A stretch of 32,000 nucleotides of DNA. It comes from Wallemia ichthyophaga EXF-994 (Eukaryota; Fungi; Basidiomycota). The notes under the pieces were generated by a model. The model saw only the letters and a program-made list of their open reading frames with translations. It did no database searches and had not been told where the DNA came from. Positions 20,619-32,000 of the stretch are shown one piece after another (position 1 is the stretch's first letter; each line of letters begins with the position of its first letter). The position numbers and the translations under genes were made by a program. The stretch is taken from contig NW_008806291.1 in the NCBI RefSeq assembly GCF_000400465.1, forward strand, positions 90,001-122,000, read 5' to 3'.

Positions 20619-22617
20619 ATGGACGGCTTATACAATCTAAGCGAATGGCAGAACGTTCATAACGAAAATTTCAGCGATAGGAATGAAGCCATAGAGAAGG
20701 AATTAGACTATGAGGTTGATAGGGATATTGATAACAACAATGAATCTAGCAGGGATTATTAGTAGGTGTGAAATTATAAACGTACTTGAGCTTATTTACA
20801 TCAATAGCTCAATCTTGAATGTTCCACGCTCTGCGTCTAACGATTTGATTAAAGATCGCTACAAGCAGTTGGCAATCATCTTCCACCCAGATAAACAGCG
20901 CACCGATCAACAGAAAGAATCAGCTGCTGCTCAATTCTCTCATATTAAACAAGCTTATGAAGGTTCGTTACTCTTCCAATTGTCAATTTCAGCCTAACAG
21001 CAACTCTAGTCTTGTCAGATCCGTACAAAAGGATGGCCTACGATACATTGGGTGAAGAAGGTCTTAGAAATGACTTACAAGTGGGCCAAAGGTTGAGAAC
21101 TCCAGAAGAGGTGAGCTTATTCACTCTCCTCGTATCGAAACTCACCTGGTCCAGATGAGAGAAGAATTTGAACGCAGACAAAGAGTCAATGAATTAGAAT
21201 CATTGGAATCAGTCCTACGCAGTAAAGGAGATGTCAGTGTTCATTTAGACGCGACATCAGCTGTATCAGATGCTATTGGTATACCTAATTCCCCTCAGAG
21301 GAATATGCTAGGAAATCCCGTATTGGAAAAAACTGGTTTGACCAACTCATTAGCCGGTATAGCTGTACGTAGACTAGTAATGCAGCATTCGTTTGAGGTT
21401 AGTCTTCTCATTCTATCTATATGTCTCAACTCATTTTTTATATATAGTGCCCAATAACCAGACAAACTCAAATTGTCGTACTCGGTCAAATGGTTAGCAA
21501 GGGTAACACAGGTGGCGGTAATGTTATGGGTACAATTCGCCATTTTTATAGCCCAAAGTTAACATTCAACATCACACAAACGTTTCTCAAACCTCAATTT
21601 ACACAAATTGCAGCTATTTATGACATAGATGATGAAACTAACCTACAAATTACTTCAATGCATCCAGATCCTAAGCTTTTTCCACAAATAAATTTAACAT
21701 TGAGTAGGAGAGTGTATGAAACAGTTCAAGCTTTCTTTTCATTAAGACTACCTTCACCTATGGGTCCATCAAGCCTAAGCGTCGGTGCAAATGGTATCAC
21801 ACCAGGAAGGTCATCATCCAGTTGGAATACTTCAGTTGTTTTTGGTCCGGTAGAGAACGGTTTTGGTGTCGAGTGGGGTAGACGTGTGTTGGATAATACG
21901 ATAAGATTTAGATTGGGTACGAGTCTAAGCTTACAAGGTATATTCAACTCATTTGCATGGGCTGAACGCAAAATTACTAGAGCTACCACCATTGGTTTCG
22001 GTGTAACGTGTAGTTTACCTGGCGGGGTTATAGCTAGATTTAGATGGTCGCGACTTGGTCAAAGAATTACTATACCAATTCTATTGTCTCGTGATTTGGA
22101 CTTAGCCGTCGCTGGTTTAGCAGCAACTTTGCCCTCAATTTCAATGATAGTGGTACATTACACATACTTAGCCCCACGTAACAAAAAGCTGAAAGCTAAC
22201 AAGCTCAAGAAATTACGCCAAGATTATAAAGAAAAGACAGAAGAAAAGAGATCAGAGGCGAATGAAGCTGTATCAATTTTGAAAAGTTACTCAGACAGGA
22301 AGGAAGCGGAGGAGATCAAGAATTCTGGTTTAATTATAACAGAGGCAACTTATGGTTCATGCGAAGATATTGGCAGTACTGATCAGGAACGAATAGATGT
22401 TAAAATTCCCCTGACTTCATTAATAAATGATAGTCAACTATATATACCAAAAGGAACATCTAAATCTGGCTTGATTGGCTTTTACGATCCTTGTCTTGGA
22501 GAGAAGAAGAATTTAATCGTAACGTATCAATATCAACTGCGTCAGCATCAAGTGGTCGTTAAGGATAAAGAGGAGATTGCTTTACCACAGCGTGATCATC
22601 TCGTTTTTGTGGAATGA
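20619..22617 (+). CDS. DNAJC11: DnaJ subfamily C member 11-like (J-domain + DUF3395), multi-exon
   Basis: DYYSILNVPRS..FHPDK J-domain, AYDTLGEEGL, and C-terminal GLIITEATYG..DVKIPL..GFYDPCLGEKKNLIVTY. Confidence 0.88.
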
Positions 22618-22628
22618 AAATACATAAA

Positions 22629-24073
22629 TTAGTTGATTTCGCTATCGCTATCTTTACTAAAGTTTACTTTCTTCTTTTTTCTACTCGAGCGTGTCGATCT
22701 TCTTGTCTGAGGCGGTGGTAATTGTGGCGGTGGTAGCGGAGGTGGTGGAGATAGTGACGACTCTCTCGACTGTGCTGATTCAGAAGGGGACTTTTCTTCT
22801 TTGGCAGTCTCCGCCAAACGTTTGGAGGGTACCTTAATTTGTTTATCAGGACTAATAATGGTTGTGACTACTCCTGGTACAACGTCAACTTTCTCTTTAC
22901 TATCCTCAACCTTAATGTTATTAATCTCAGCTGTGCTTTCCTTGTCCTTAGTAGAAGGCGATTGATCTTTGAATGCTTTCAAATCCGCAGCGAAAAGTAC
23001 CTATATTTGATCAGAAAAACACCGGCTAGTCTAAATTTTCAAGAAAATAAATAACCTACAGTATGTGCCCAGCCAGCGTATGGACCCCATAAATCCCTGA
23101 ACATTTTACCAACAGCAGCGTAAATGGAAGGGTTCATAGGAGTAGATTGAGTAACTTTTCTACCTTTGCATAGCTTAACATAAGAGGATTCTAGGAAATT
23201 GTAATCTCTTATTGCAATTTGCCAAACGTGAGTATCAACTGGAATGCTATCAAATTGATCTAGTGACATCAACGCAACGCAATCAGCAACTTTTGGACCA
23301 ACACCCATCAAGCGAGTGAGTTGGGGTATAACAACATCGTAAGGATCTTTTCGAAGTTGACATAAGTAATCGAAAACGCCTTGATCAGTTTTGTGTTCAT
23401 CTAATAAAGTCAAAGCAACATGATGAACATATTTTGCTCTATAACCGAAACCTAATTGGCGTAAATCGTCTTCAACACCATTTTGTGATAATTTAGAAGG
23501 AGGTGGAAAGGGATGTCTATTATAAACTTGATCAACATCCTTCAAAGGTTCAGAGAATTTGAATGATAACTTATTTATCATTTGACTGTTTTAATTTGTT
23601 AATCAGAGCTAAAGAAATGGAGTAAACGGACGAGATACGTGAAATGTTGTTATTTGAAGAGCAAATGAAACTGATAAGACATTCCCAAGGGTCTTGTCTA
23701 AGAATGAGAATGCCATTGAACTTGTTTGTCGTATTGATGAGATTAAAGTGATTATCTCTAGCAGACCAATCTTTATATAAGTGATCCAAATCAATGCCTA
23801 ATTGAAAGTAATCCTTTATAAAGTCAAGATCTTTATCAAAATCCAATGGAAAAGAAGAAAATTCCAAAGCATTTGGGATCGACTGTTTAAGTATGATAGT
23901 TCTATCGCGTAGTGCTAGACTGAATTCATTTGTTGTTGTGTTATGCATCCACTGTATAACATTGATAAGAATTTCGACTGTTGAAGACTCTAAAGACACA
24001 CCCTAAAAGATTGACCACACTTCAATACTATACTGATGTTTATTTTAAAATTGTCTAGCGTCCGCCATTTCAT
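22629..24073 (-). CDS. OGG1: 8-oxoguanine DNA glycosylase/AP lyase with low-complexity C-terminal tail, multi-exon
   Basis: LKCGQSFRW (after splicing), ILRQDPWECLISFICSSNNNISRI, LGFGYRAKY, HhH MGVGPKVADCVALMSL..IPVDTHV, WGPYAGWAH. Confidence 0.95.
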
Positions 24074-24095
24074 GTCTGCGTGTTACTTCTTCACG

Positions 24096-24652
24096 ATGGT
24101 ACGGTTCAAGGTTAGTTTAGATTAATTGGTTAAATTATGAAGCTAATAATTTTACTGCGTAATAGAATAGATGGATAATTGCTGAGTTCATCTTTGAAGA
24201 TAACTTACCTGGCTGTAATCGTACTTCAAAACCAATTTCAACTTCTATAGATTCAAGGCATATATTGCAATCTATTAGAAGAAATATTTCCGTTCACTTT
24301 GGTGATTTAGGTGCTGCATCTGTTGCAAACTCCTTATCGCGTTAGTTGCAAACACTGTTTTATGCTTTGTTGACAAGTTATAGTCAAGTATTACTCTGCT
24401 AATACACGTCTTGGTATATTTAGAGTCGCAAGGAATTGTAAGGATGTTTTACAAGCAACTCTCACCTTAACTACCTCTTTATCTAATCATCCAGTCATTA
24501 TCAGAGTAATTCACGTCAGTGGTACAATTAGGAAGGTACAAGAAGCCGCTATTAAGTATGATAGGCAGATTATACTGAATAGCTTTACTAGTAATGATTT
24601 GGATGAAGAAATGCAGTTATCCAAGAATGGTATCATGTCAATTGAATCTTAA
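24096..24652 (+). CDS. POP5: RNase P/MRP protein subunit Pop5; exons 24096-24110, 24166-24340, 24384-24652
   Basis: MVRFKNRWIIAE.., HFGDLGAASV..SLKYYS, IRVIHVSGTIRKVQEAAIKYDR. Not in the ORF track. Confidence 0.9.
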
Positions 24653-24710
24653 TAGATATATATATATCAAGTAATAAGGATATTTATACAATTACAAAAT
24701 TAAACGATAG

Positions 24711-25864
24711 TTATGATCGATTAGCAGTCGGTGGTGATCTTGATCTATTCCTAACGGAGCCTCTTCCTATAGTTTGTATTACTATTATAAAGATCTAATT
24801 GATATTAAATTAACTCACTCTCTGCGTATCTAGCTTCACGTCTTGCCTCTCTTGAATCAAAATTCCTTGCTCGTGGATCAATCTCGTGACCAGGTGGTGG
24901 ATTGAGGTTTGCGTTTGAAGAATTCGTTGGTTGATTCTCTTCATAAAGACTACTACTTATGTTGATATCGTCGTTAGTTTGAGCGTCAAATTGTTGGTGA
25001 TCATATTTTGAATTAGATTTTCTAATTTCTTCATCTTGTTGCTTTCTACGTTGAATAGAACGATTTTCAGTGATTTCGGAGATAATTCTCCTTAATTCAA
25101 AGTAACCTAAGTGCATCTTTCCACCAAAGTGATCCGCTAATCTTCTATCGCTATCTAAAATGGATAAATAAGCACCACAGATATCGCAAACACGTAATTT
25201 CTGATGACCTGAAGCGCCTGAGGTTTCAGTCAATTCTGTTAATTCTTGTTCTTTATTGACCTTCTCTTCCTTTAAGGCTTCAACTTTTTGTAATTCTTTC
25301 ATAGATTCTTCAACTAAACCTGATTCACCTAACTTTTCCACGTCTATCATAGCTTGATCCATAGCAGCTTGAATTTCACCAACCTCCCTCATCAAAGCTG
25401 TAGTTTTGTTATTTTCTTCAGGAGTTTTCTCTAATCTCTTGTGAGCAGTTCTTATACGCCTATCACATTCGCTAACGAAGTCTCTAATGTTATTTTCATA
25501 TTCTCTGTGAAAATCCGCAAAATCGCTTGGATGAGATTGTTGGTTGCTTAAAAAGTCCACTTTAAGTTTCTCAGCGTGAGATTTTGGACAAGGACCGAGA
25601 TCCATTTTCTGAGGAAGGGGAGTGAGCTGGTTCGATTAAAATGGCTAAAGGTAAAGACTAACAGTATTACTGAATAAGTCATGTGGACAAACGCCGCATA
25701 GGAAATTTCTGCAGACTTGTTGGTCTGTGAAATGCAGTTTGAGTGATTTAAAGCCCATAGCTTCAGCGCCCATCATTTGCTTTTAATATGATGAGTAGAA
25801 TCATAAAATATAAGAACTAAATCACCTCAAGCAATTTACGTTGAATTTCAGCTAATTTACCCAT
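24711..25864 (-). CDS. LUC7: U1 snRNP-associated splicing factor Luc7, multi-exon
   Basis: MGKLAEIQRKLLEQMMG, VCRNFLCGVCPHDLFSNTKMDLGPCPKSH, QKLRVCDICGAYLSILDSDRRLADHFGGKMHLGY, short RS tail. Confidence 0.95.
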
Positions 25865-25876
25865 AATGACTGACGA

Positions 25877-26536
25877 TTAACAAGAGGAATTCGAGAATTC
25901 ATAAGATAACAAAGATTTAAATTCAATAAAATTTAGATTGGTGGACTGCAAGTGATTGTTACATAGTAAGTGTGATAACGCAGCTTTCGAGTGATTGATT
26001 GTGGTATCATAAGATGTTATAATGGATATCAGATACCTTATGATATGTATAGATTGATTGTAATTAGATGATAATGCTAGCAGCAGCTCTGCGTATTGAT
26101 TTAGATTTAGATTTTTACTAAATTTATCACGAAAAGTGTAGTTGAAACCTTTTGTCGAGTAAAGTGAAATGAATTGCTCGTTGAAGTGATTGATAATTGA
26201 GTTGAAATGATTGACAATCTTTGATAAGCCATTCAACTTGAACTTAAACTCATTTATACTTTGCTCAAATTCAATCACTTTGCTTGAGACAAATCTATAA
26301 TCAATATCTTCATCTAACTCCATCAATTCCATCTTTAGAGTTAACGTGTTTACTAATTCCATCTCATTTACTATATCATCATACTTCTCCAGCTTATCCA
26401 CACAATCAAATAACATCTTCTTCACTTGCCTATAGCTTAATTCTCTCTCTCTCTCCTTCCCTTGTTCTTGCTTACTCGGTGAAGTAGCTTTACTCGGCGA
26501 ATTTGCTTTATACGTGTTTGATATTCTTTTGGACAT
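25877..26536 (-). CDS. Hypothetical helical protein (219 aa)
   Basis: Uninterrupted ATG-initiated ORF filling the gap between LUC7 and GAA1; no family recognised. Confidence 0.6.
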   Translation of the reverse strand: MSKRISNTYKANSPSKATSPSKQEQGKERERELSYRQVKKMLFDCVDKLEKYDDIVNEMELVNTLTLKMELMELDEDIDYRFVSSKVIEFEQSINEFKFKLNGLSKIVNHFNSIINHFNEQFISLYSTKGFNYTFRDKFSKNLNLNQYAELLLALSSNYNQSIHIIRYLISIITSYDTTINHSKAALSHLLCNNHLQSTNLNFIEFKSLLSYEFSNSSC

Positions 26537-26542
26537 AATAAA

Positions 26543-27796
26543 ATGAAGCTATTGATTATCAACAAGCTGTTAAATTCCCCTTTATTCCTGATTATTCTTA
26601 AGCTAGTGGTGATCGTTTATTTACTAGTAATTCCTCAGTTAAACCATAAAATTTATATCGACGAAAACGCTTTACAGCCAAACAATTTGATTCCTTTATA
26701 TAATAATCACTTGGTAAAGCTATCCGACAGTTACTCTGACACTTTACAACATTCTTCATTACATCAATATCATCATTTTATTGAGAATACTCTACAATCA
26801 AACGCTTTACAAGCATTGCATCACACAGCATCAAACTCATCTTACTCTCTCTTAAAATCTCCAAGAAGCTCAAACTCTGAATCGATCATCATACACTCAC
26901 CGATACACTCTTCAATTGACTCCATTTACACCCTTAAACACTCAGATAACGTTCCAATTAATGTACGAGGTATATCAACAATCCTTTCTCTATCTAAATT
27001 CTTCAATAACCAATCCATTTGGTCAAAAGATATCTTATTCGTTTTCACTGACCATTTAGACGTCTTTTTACATGACTATATGAATGGTAACATTACAACA
27101 ATACCAAAAAACAATATCTGGTTGGGTTACTCCCTCGACTACTCCTCTGACAGCTTCAATCACTTATCCATTCAATATCAAGCACCCTCTATTTTACCGA
27201 ACTTTGACATTATAGCTACTCTGTATTCCATAGCAAACCTGCATTCCGTTCCAGTTCAATCTCCAACTCTAATAGATACTATTAAGTACGCAATCTTTCA
27301 TCACCCGAATTCATCACATCATTCCTCAATGTTAAGCTATAAGATTGATGCAATCTCAATCATGTGTAATCCAAGTCATGGTCCACATGGTTTTTTGAGT
27401 CTAGGTAGAACGCTTGAGGCCTATACTCGATCTATCAACAATTTAATTGAAAGACTGCACGCTTCTCTTGCTTTCTACTTATTCTTTGACAATAAGCTTA
27501 TCATGCTAACTCATTACATCCCATTGATTGCAATACTATGCTTGATCAATCTCATTAATGCCTTCAAACCCTTCAGTATTTCAGAAAGAGATATACTCGT
27601 GATTCCTTCAGTCATCTACTCCTTCTATCTTCTACCTATCACCAATCAGCTATGGATAATCCTCTCCACTATCTTCTTACGCGCTTTCACTTCAAGGACT
27701 AGTTTTAAACTGACTTCCACTGTGGTAGTCATCTACACCACTTTGTTCAATTTCTATGTCAGTGCGATTGTAGCTCTTATATCAGCATTTGTATAA
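26543..27796 (+). CDS. GAA1: GPI transamidase component Gaa1
   Basis: N-terminal TM followed by IYIDENALQP; IWSKDILFVF; ILPNFDII; LGRTLEAYTRSINNLIERLHASLAFY; C-terminal TM helices. Confidence 0.85.
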   Translation: MKLLIINKLLNSPLFLIILKLVVIVYLLVIPQLNHKIYIDENALQPNNLIPLYNNHLVKLSDSYSDTLQHSSLHQYHHFIENTLQSNALQALHHTASNSSYSLLKSPRSSNSESIIIHSPIHSSIDSIYTLKHSDNVPINVRGISTILSLSKFFNNQSIWSKDILFVFTDHLDVFLHDYMNGNITTIPKNNIWLGYSLDYSSDSFNHLSIQYQAPSILPNFDIIATLYSIANLHSVPVQSPTLIDTIKYAIFHHPNSSHHSSMLSYKIDAISIMCNPSHGPHGFLSLGRTLEAYTRSINNLIERLHASLAFYLFFDNKLIMLTHYIPLIAILCLINLINAFKPFSISERDILVIPSVIYSFYLLPITNQLWIILSTIFLRAFTSRTSFKLTSTVVVIYTTLFNFYVSAIVALISAFV

Positions 27797-27924
27797 CCAA
27801 TTTGTGTTATAGCAACTATAACATTTAAACTTGATTAATAATTTAATAGGAATTGATACGTTTTTTTAGTACGATTACATACAATTACTTCATCTTCGCT
27901 GTTGATTGACTTCAATCATCGGAA

Positions 27925-30725
27925 ATGGCTTCGTTTGAAAGATTACGACAGATTTGGGAAGATCGCACTCCAGGAGAGCTAGAACAATTGCAAAAGCCTA
28001 TTTTGAATGAAGCACCGCCTCGACCGCCAATTTCGACCAAGCCATCAAAGTCCTCTTATTCTTCTGAATCGCTCCCAACATTATCTAAGCATCGAAGAGC
28101 ACCACCTGAACCGCCAACAAGCCGGCTAGCGCCACCAATTCCTCCAAAACATACAAAAGCTAGCTTCAGCTCAGACAATTTACATCAGAGACCTACAGCG
28201 ACCCCATCACCCTCACCTAACCCTTATTTGGTTGAACGAAGTCACACTGCAATTCCTTCAAACTCGAGTGCAACTCTCTCAAATAATGGTTACTCTAGTG
28301 AAAGCGATGAAGATGAATTTTACGTTGATGATAGTTCTGTGGCAGGTCCACAGGCTAGACGTGCGCCAAGCATACTACCCGACGTTTCCCATGCCAATAG
28401 GCGCGCTCCAAAACTAAAGTTGTACCACTCCGTTAGTTCAAAAGGTCACTTCTTTAGTGCGGCTTCGTCAAACAATTTTGTCGTAACTGGTAGTCATCAC
28501 TTACGTATTTATGACGCATCAAATTCAAACAACAGCGATGTACCATTCTTTGAATCTCCAGATAAAGACACAAGAATAACTTCAATAACATTCAAGCAAT
28601 CGAATGGCTCTGTATTTTGGGGCGGAACTAAGGACGGTTCGTTGTTTGAAATGGATGCAATCGATGGGACATGCTTTGATTGGAAGACGTACGAACATTC
28701 AGGTGCAATCATTGGTATATGGAGACTGAACAATCATATGATCTCACTTGATGATGCTGGAGTTCTTAAAGTCTGGTTACCTGTCACGCATTCAGATGGT
28801 AGCGTTATACCCACACTCAAATCACCAACCAAATTATTCCGCATCAACTCTGATATCACATTTGCTAACTTCCTAGGCGACAAACTTTGGCTGGCCTCTT
28901 CTACCAGTCTAAGCGCTGATCCGAATGTTGTAAAGACGATCACTTTAAGGGTTTATGATCCAATAGGTGCTACGTATGGTGGCCAATTAAACCTAACACC
29001 TAATCCTCTTATACCCTCATCAACAGTTCAACAATTAGCAGTCACAAGTGGTACAGTAATACCTTCAGTACCTGATAAAATATACCTTGGACATCAAGGA
29101 GGTTTCGTTAGCGTTTGGAATGGCAAAGACTTCACCTTTTTAGGCGCTCTTAAAGTATCATCCACTCAAGTTGATGCTTTAGCTGGTGTTGGTGGCTATT
29201 TATGGGCTGGTTTCCATAGCGGTAGAATCAACGTCCTAGATACAAACCAGGGCTCAATGACTGACTGGAGAGTGGTACAAACTTGGCAGGCTCATAAAGA
29301 AAAAGTGTTGTCTATACAAGTTGACACTGCTTTATTGGAAACTGGTATGCTGGCTGTGATTACAACAGGCGCAGATTGGAATGTGAACTACTGGGATGGT
29401 ATGTTGAAAACTGCCCATGTCTCTACGGAATTACAAAACAGAGAAAATACGTTCTGCTCGTTTACACCGGTTAATTTGCTAATAGTGTCGTGGAACACTG
29501 ACGCTTCAAAACCTTCCGATTTAATTGATAGTCATAAAAGTGGATTTTTTTCAAAGTCAAGCCATACCAATAACGATAATTCATCATTTCTTCGAAAAGC
29601 ACTATCAAGTACTGAAAGTCCTGATATCATTGTCTTCGGGTTTCAGGAATTGATAGATTTAGAAGATAAGAAGCTCACTGCCAAAACCATGCTGCTACCT
29701 AAGAAGAAAGCTGACAGCGCATTGTCTGAACGCATCTCTCACTCTTATAGGCTGTGGTATGACCATTTGGTCATGGAAGTCGAAAGAAATATGCCAAAAA
29801 GTAGTCCATACGTTGTATTGCATGCTGAAAACTTGGTTGGATTATTTACTTGCATCTTTGTTCGTAAAGAGAACAGGGAAAATTTAGCTGACGTTGCCAT
29901 TACAACTGTTAAAACTGGACTAAAGGGTAGATATGGCAACAAAGTCCGTACTTGCTAAGATATTAGATTAAGCTAACTAGTATTTATAGGGTGCTATTAT
30001 ATCTAGATTCGTCCTCGATGACTCCTCTTTCTGTTTCATTAATTGCCATCTTGCTGCAGGACAGAAGCATACGAAGCAACGTAATCAAGACTTAGTTTCA
30101 ATATTGGAAGAAAAGGTAGCTTTTGCAAACGATCCAGTCAGATCTGAGCTAAGTTATGTTAATGGAGGTGATGGATCCAGTGTCTTTGACCATGAAACAA
30201 CATTCCTCAATGGCGATGTGAGTGATACTGTGCTACATTGGCTACACAATCTGATAATTTCAGCTTAATTATAGAGTTGATCTTCGTCGTGAAGCGGTTT
30301 TACCAGCAATAACAAAATCAAACTTTGAATACCTACTAAATCACGATCAACTTAACAAACAAATGGAAACTAACGCACAATTCAAATTAAGAGACTTTAA
30401 AGAGCCACCAATAACTTATGCACCGACATACAAGTATGACAGAAAGACAAATGTTTATGATACATCGGATAAGAGAAGAACACCTGCCTGGTGTGATCGA
30501 ATACTATCACGTACAGTACACTTGCCAAGAGTTAGCAATTTACATTACAAGAGGTATGAAGTGAACGTCTCAGATCATAGACCGATTTCGGCCGCTTTTC
30601 AAGTACAGACAAAAAAGATTGATCATGCAAAGAGGAGTAATGTCTTGTTAGATGTTGAGAATGAGTTTGGCAGTATATTTGCTGAGACTATAAATGATGA
30701 AAAGAGGTATTATGAATACAAGTAA
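27925..30725 (+). CDS. Inositol polyphosphate 5-phosphatase with Pro-rich N-terminus and WD40-like region; introns near 29944-29989 and 30219-30263
   Basis: IPPc motifs VSWNT, PDIIVFGFQEL, GNKGA..CFINCHLAAGQ, NGDLNYR, PTYKYD..KRRTPAWCDRIL, VSDHRPI. Confidence 0.9.
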
Positions 30726-30790
30726 TTTTATATCAGCTTTGTACATTTAGCTTAATATTTATTGATGCGATTGCGATTGAGGTGAATAGA

Positions 30791-31412
30791 TTACATGTCA
30801 AAACTGTCTTGATTGGGTACATCGTCGTCCAAGTCTTGAACTTCCTCAACGTCAAAATCTCTACTTTGATCGAGATCTGGTGGAGAAGATTGAGGTACAT
30901 CTTCCGGGATATCGTCATCTTCAATTTCGTCATCTAAGTCACCTTCCTCGTATCCATCTTCGATAAGCTCTTCTTCATCATCATCATCCGCATCATCCAT
31001 ATAGTCTTCCTCGATAGATATCTCTGCCTATTTTGGTGTCAAAAAGCAAAGACATGAAAGGAATAAGACCAACATCATGCTCCTCGTCTAATTGAGTCTG
31101 TCTTTTACCGAAAGGAACAATCCAGCTATTGCCCCAATCCTTAATCATCGTAGAGTGCTCTCTCACCAGCGACTCATTTCGTTGAAGTTTATCAATGAAA
31201 GCCTGTGATCCAATTGGTCTACCTGCCATAACATCTTCAAAGGATGCGCTGTTCGTATCTAAGTTCAAATTATTACTATTCGGTATTCGTGACTGTTGTG
31301 TGTTATAAGCCAACGGCTGCTTACGACGCGGCCTTAGATTCATTCTCTGATTTGACAATTCAATATTTTCATTCTTGAAAAGCTGAATGGGAAGTTGCAA
31401 GTTTGGTAACAT
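30791..31412 (-). CDS. Putative APC/C subunit Apc15/Mnd2-like protein, two exons
   Basis: IKDWGNSWIVPFGKRQT resembles the Apc15 GxxWxxPxGxxxT motif, followed by a long acidic tail. One GTTGGT..TAG intron joins the ORFs in frame. Confidence 0.55.
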
Positions 31413-31457
31413 TAATCAAATTTCCTTATTAGAAGATGAAAGTTGATTACAACGTCC

Positions 31458-32000
31458 ATGGCAGATACCAGGTTGTGCGTTAGCGCACCAGGAAAAGTCT
31501 TGATAGCGGGAGGGTATTTGATATTAAGTAAGGAGTACAGTGGTGTAGTACTTAGTACAGAGGCTAGATTCTACACGTATATAGAGAGTTGTGATGATGA
31601 AGATATAAAGGTTATTTCCCCGCAGTTTGGCAGCGAATGGATCTACGATAGCAATATTAAGCAAATAAATACGTAGGCCTGCTATAAATTTCATCTAGAA
31701 ATCCTTAATGTTTCGATCAGTGAACAACAGAATGACTTTGTCCAATTAGCTTTGGAGGAAGTCAGTAAATACATCGAATATAAACATGATAGTTCAATGA
31801 AAGGGCTAAGAATCGTTATAGCTGCTGACAACGACTTCTACTCGCAACGTGCTTACGTTAGTTAATCTTATTGTCACATACCAACCAATGTCTGACTGTT
31901 GAGTACAGCTGAGGAGTAAGCAGCTCGATGCGACATATCGCAACCTTCAAGCAGTACCTAAACTCAATAAAGATCTCAAAAATATAAATAAAACCGGTCT
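31458..32000 (+). CDS. ERG8: Phosphomevalonate kinase, 5' part only
   Basis: VSAPGKVLIAGGYLIL, ISPQFG..W, NPFVQLAL (after splicing), IAADNDFYSQR. Confidence 0.92.

Noticed and set aside
66-31000. Short ORF-track entries overlapping real genes (e.g. 66-248, 83-268, 552-755, 1420-1731, 7765-8085, 9226-9579, 17916-18344, 21726-21992, 26284-26487, 28509-28943, 30733-30933)
   Set aside because: They are antisense or alternate-frame shadows of well-supported genes, with no motifs of their own.
1-32000. CRISPR arrays, rRNA, prokaryotic operons or defence systems, telomeric repeats
   Set aside because: None seen; the sequence is intron-containing eukaryotic DNA.

Overview
Eukaryotic, extremely gene-dense fungal DNA with very short GT-AG introns (about 43-59 nt) and start/stop codons of neighbouring genes often only 6-80 bp apart. 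By inference this is a compact basidiomycete genome, most like Wallemia; the taxon is not verified. About 22 intact housekeeping genes can be reconstructed: PDI/Eps1-like (partial), TPR-SET protein, cytochrome b561, FAS1-domain protein, BRCA2/Brh2, mito bL21, CK2 beta, centrin, carboxypeptidase Y, cytochrome c heme lyase, GBD/FH3-only protein, DUF4336-like protein, mito mL40, DNAJC11, OGG1, POP5, LUC7, an orphan, GAA1, an inositol 5-phosphatase, Apc15-like and ERG8 (partial). The exception is a ~5.8 kb stretch (10462-16304) with no intact gene. Manual translation of its minus strand shows two fossils in tandem: a heavily decayed Ty3/gypsy pol (RT-RNase H-integrase, possible chromodomain; ~16100-13990) and, downstream of it, what appears to be a near full-length, stop-riddled Argonaute pseudogene (13071-~10505) whose N, PAZ, L2, MID and PIWI motifs keep their order and approximate spacing. 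The region is a candidate fossil of RNAi loss and also a candidate short regional centromere. All homology calls are by eye from remembered family motifs; no database search was run.
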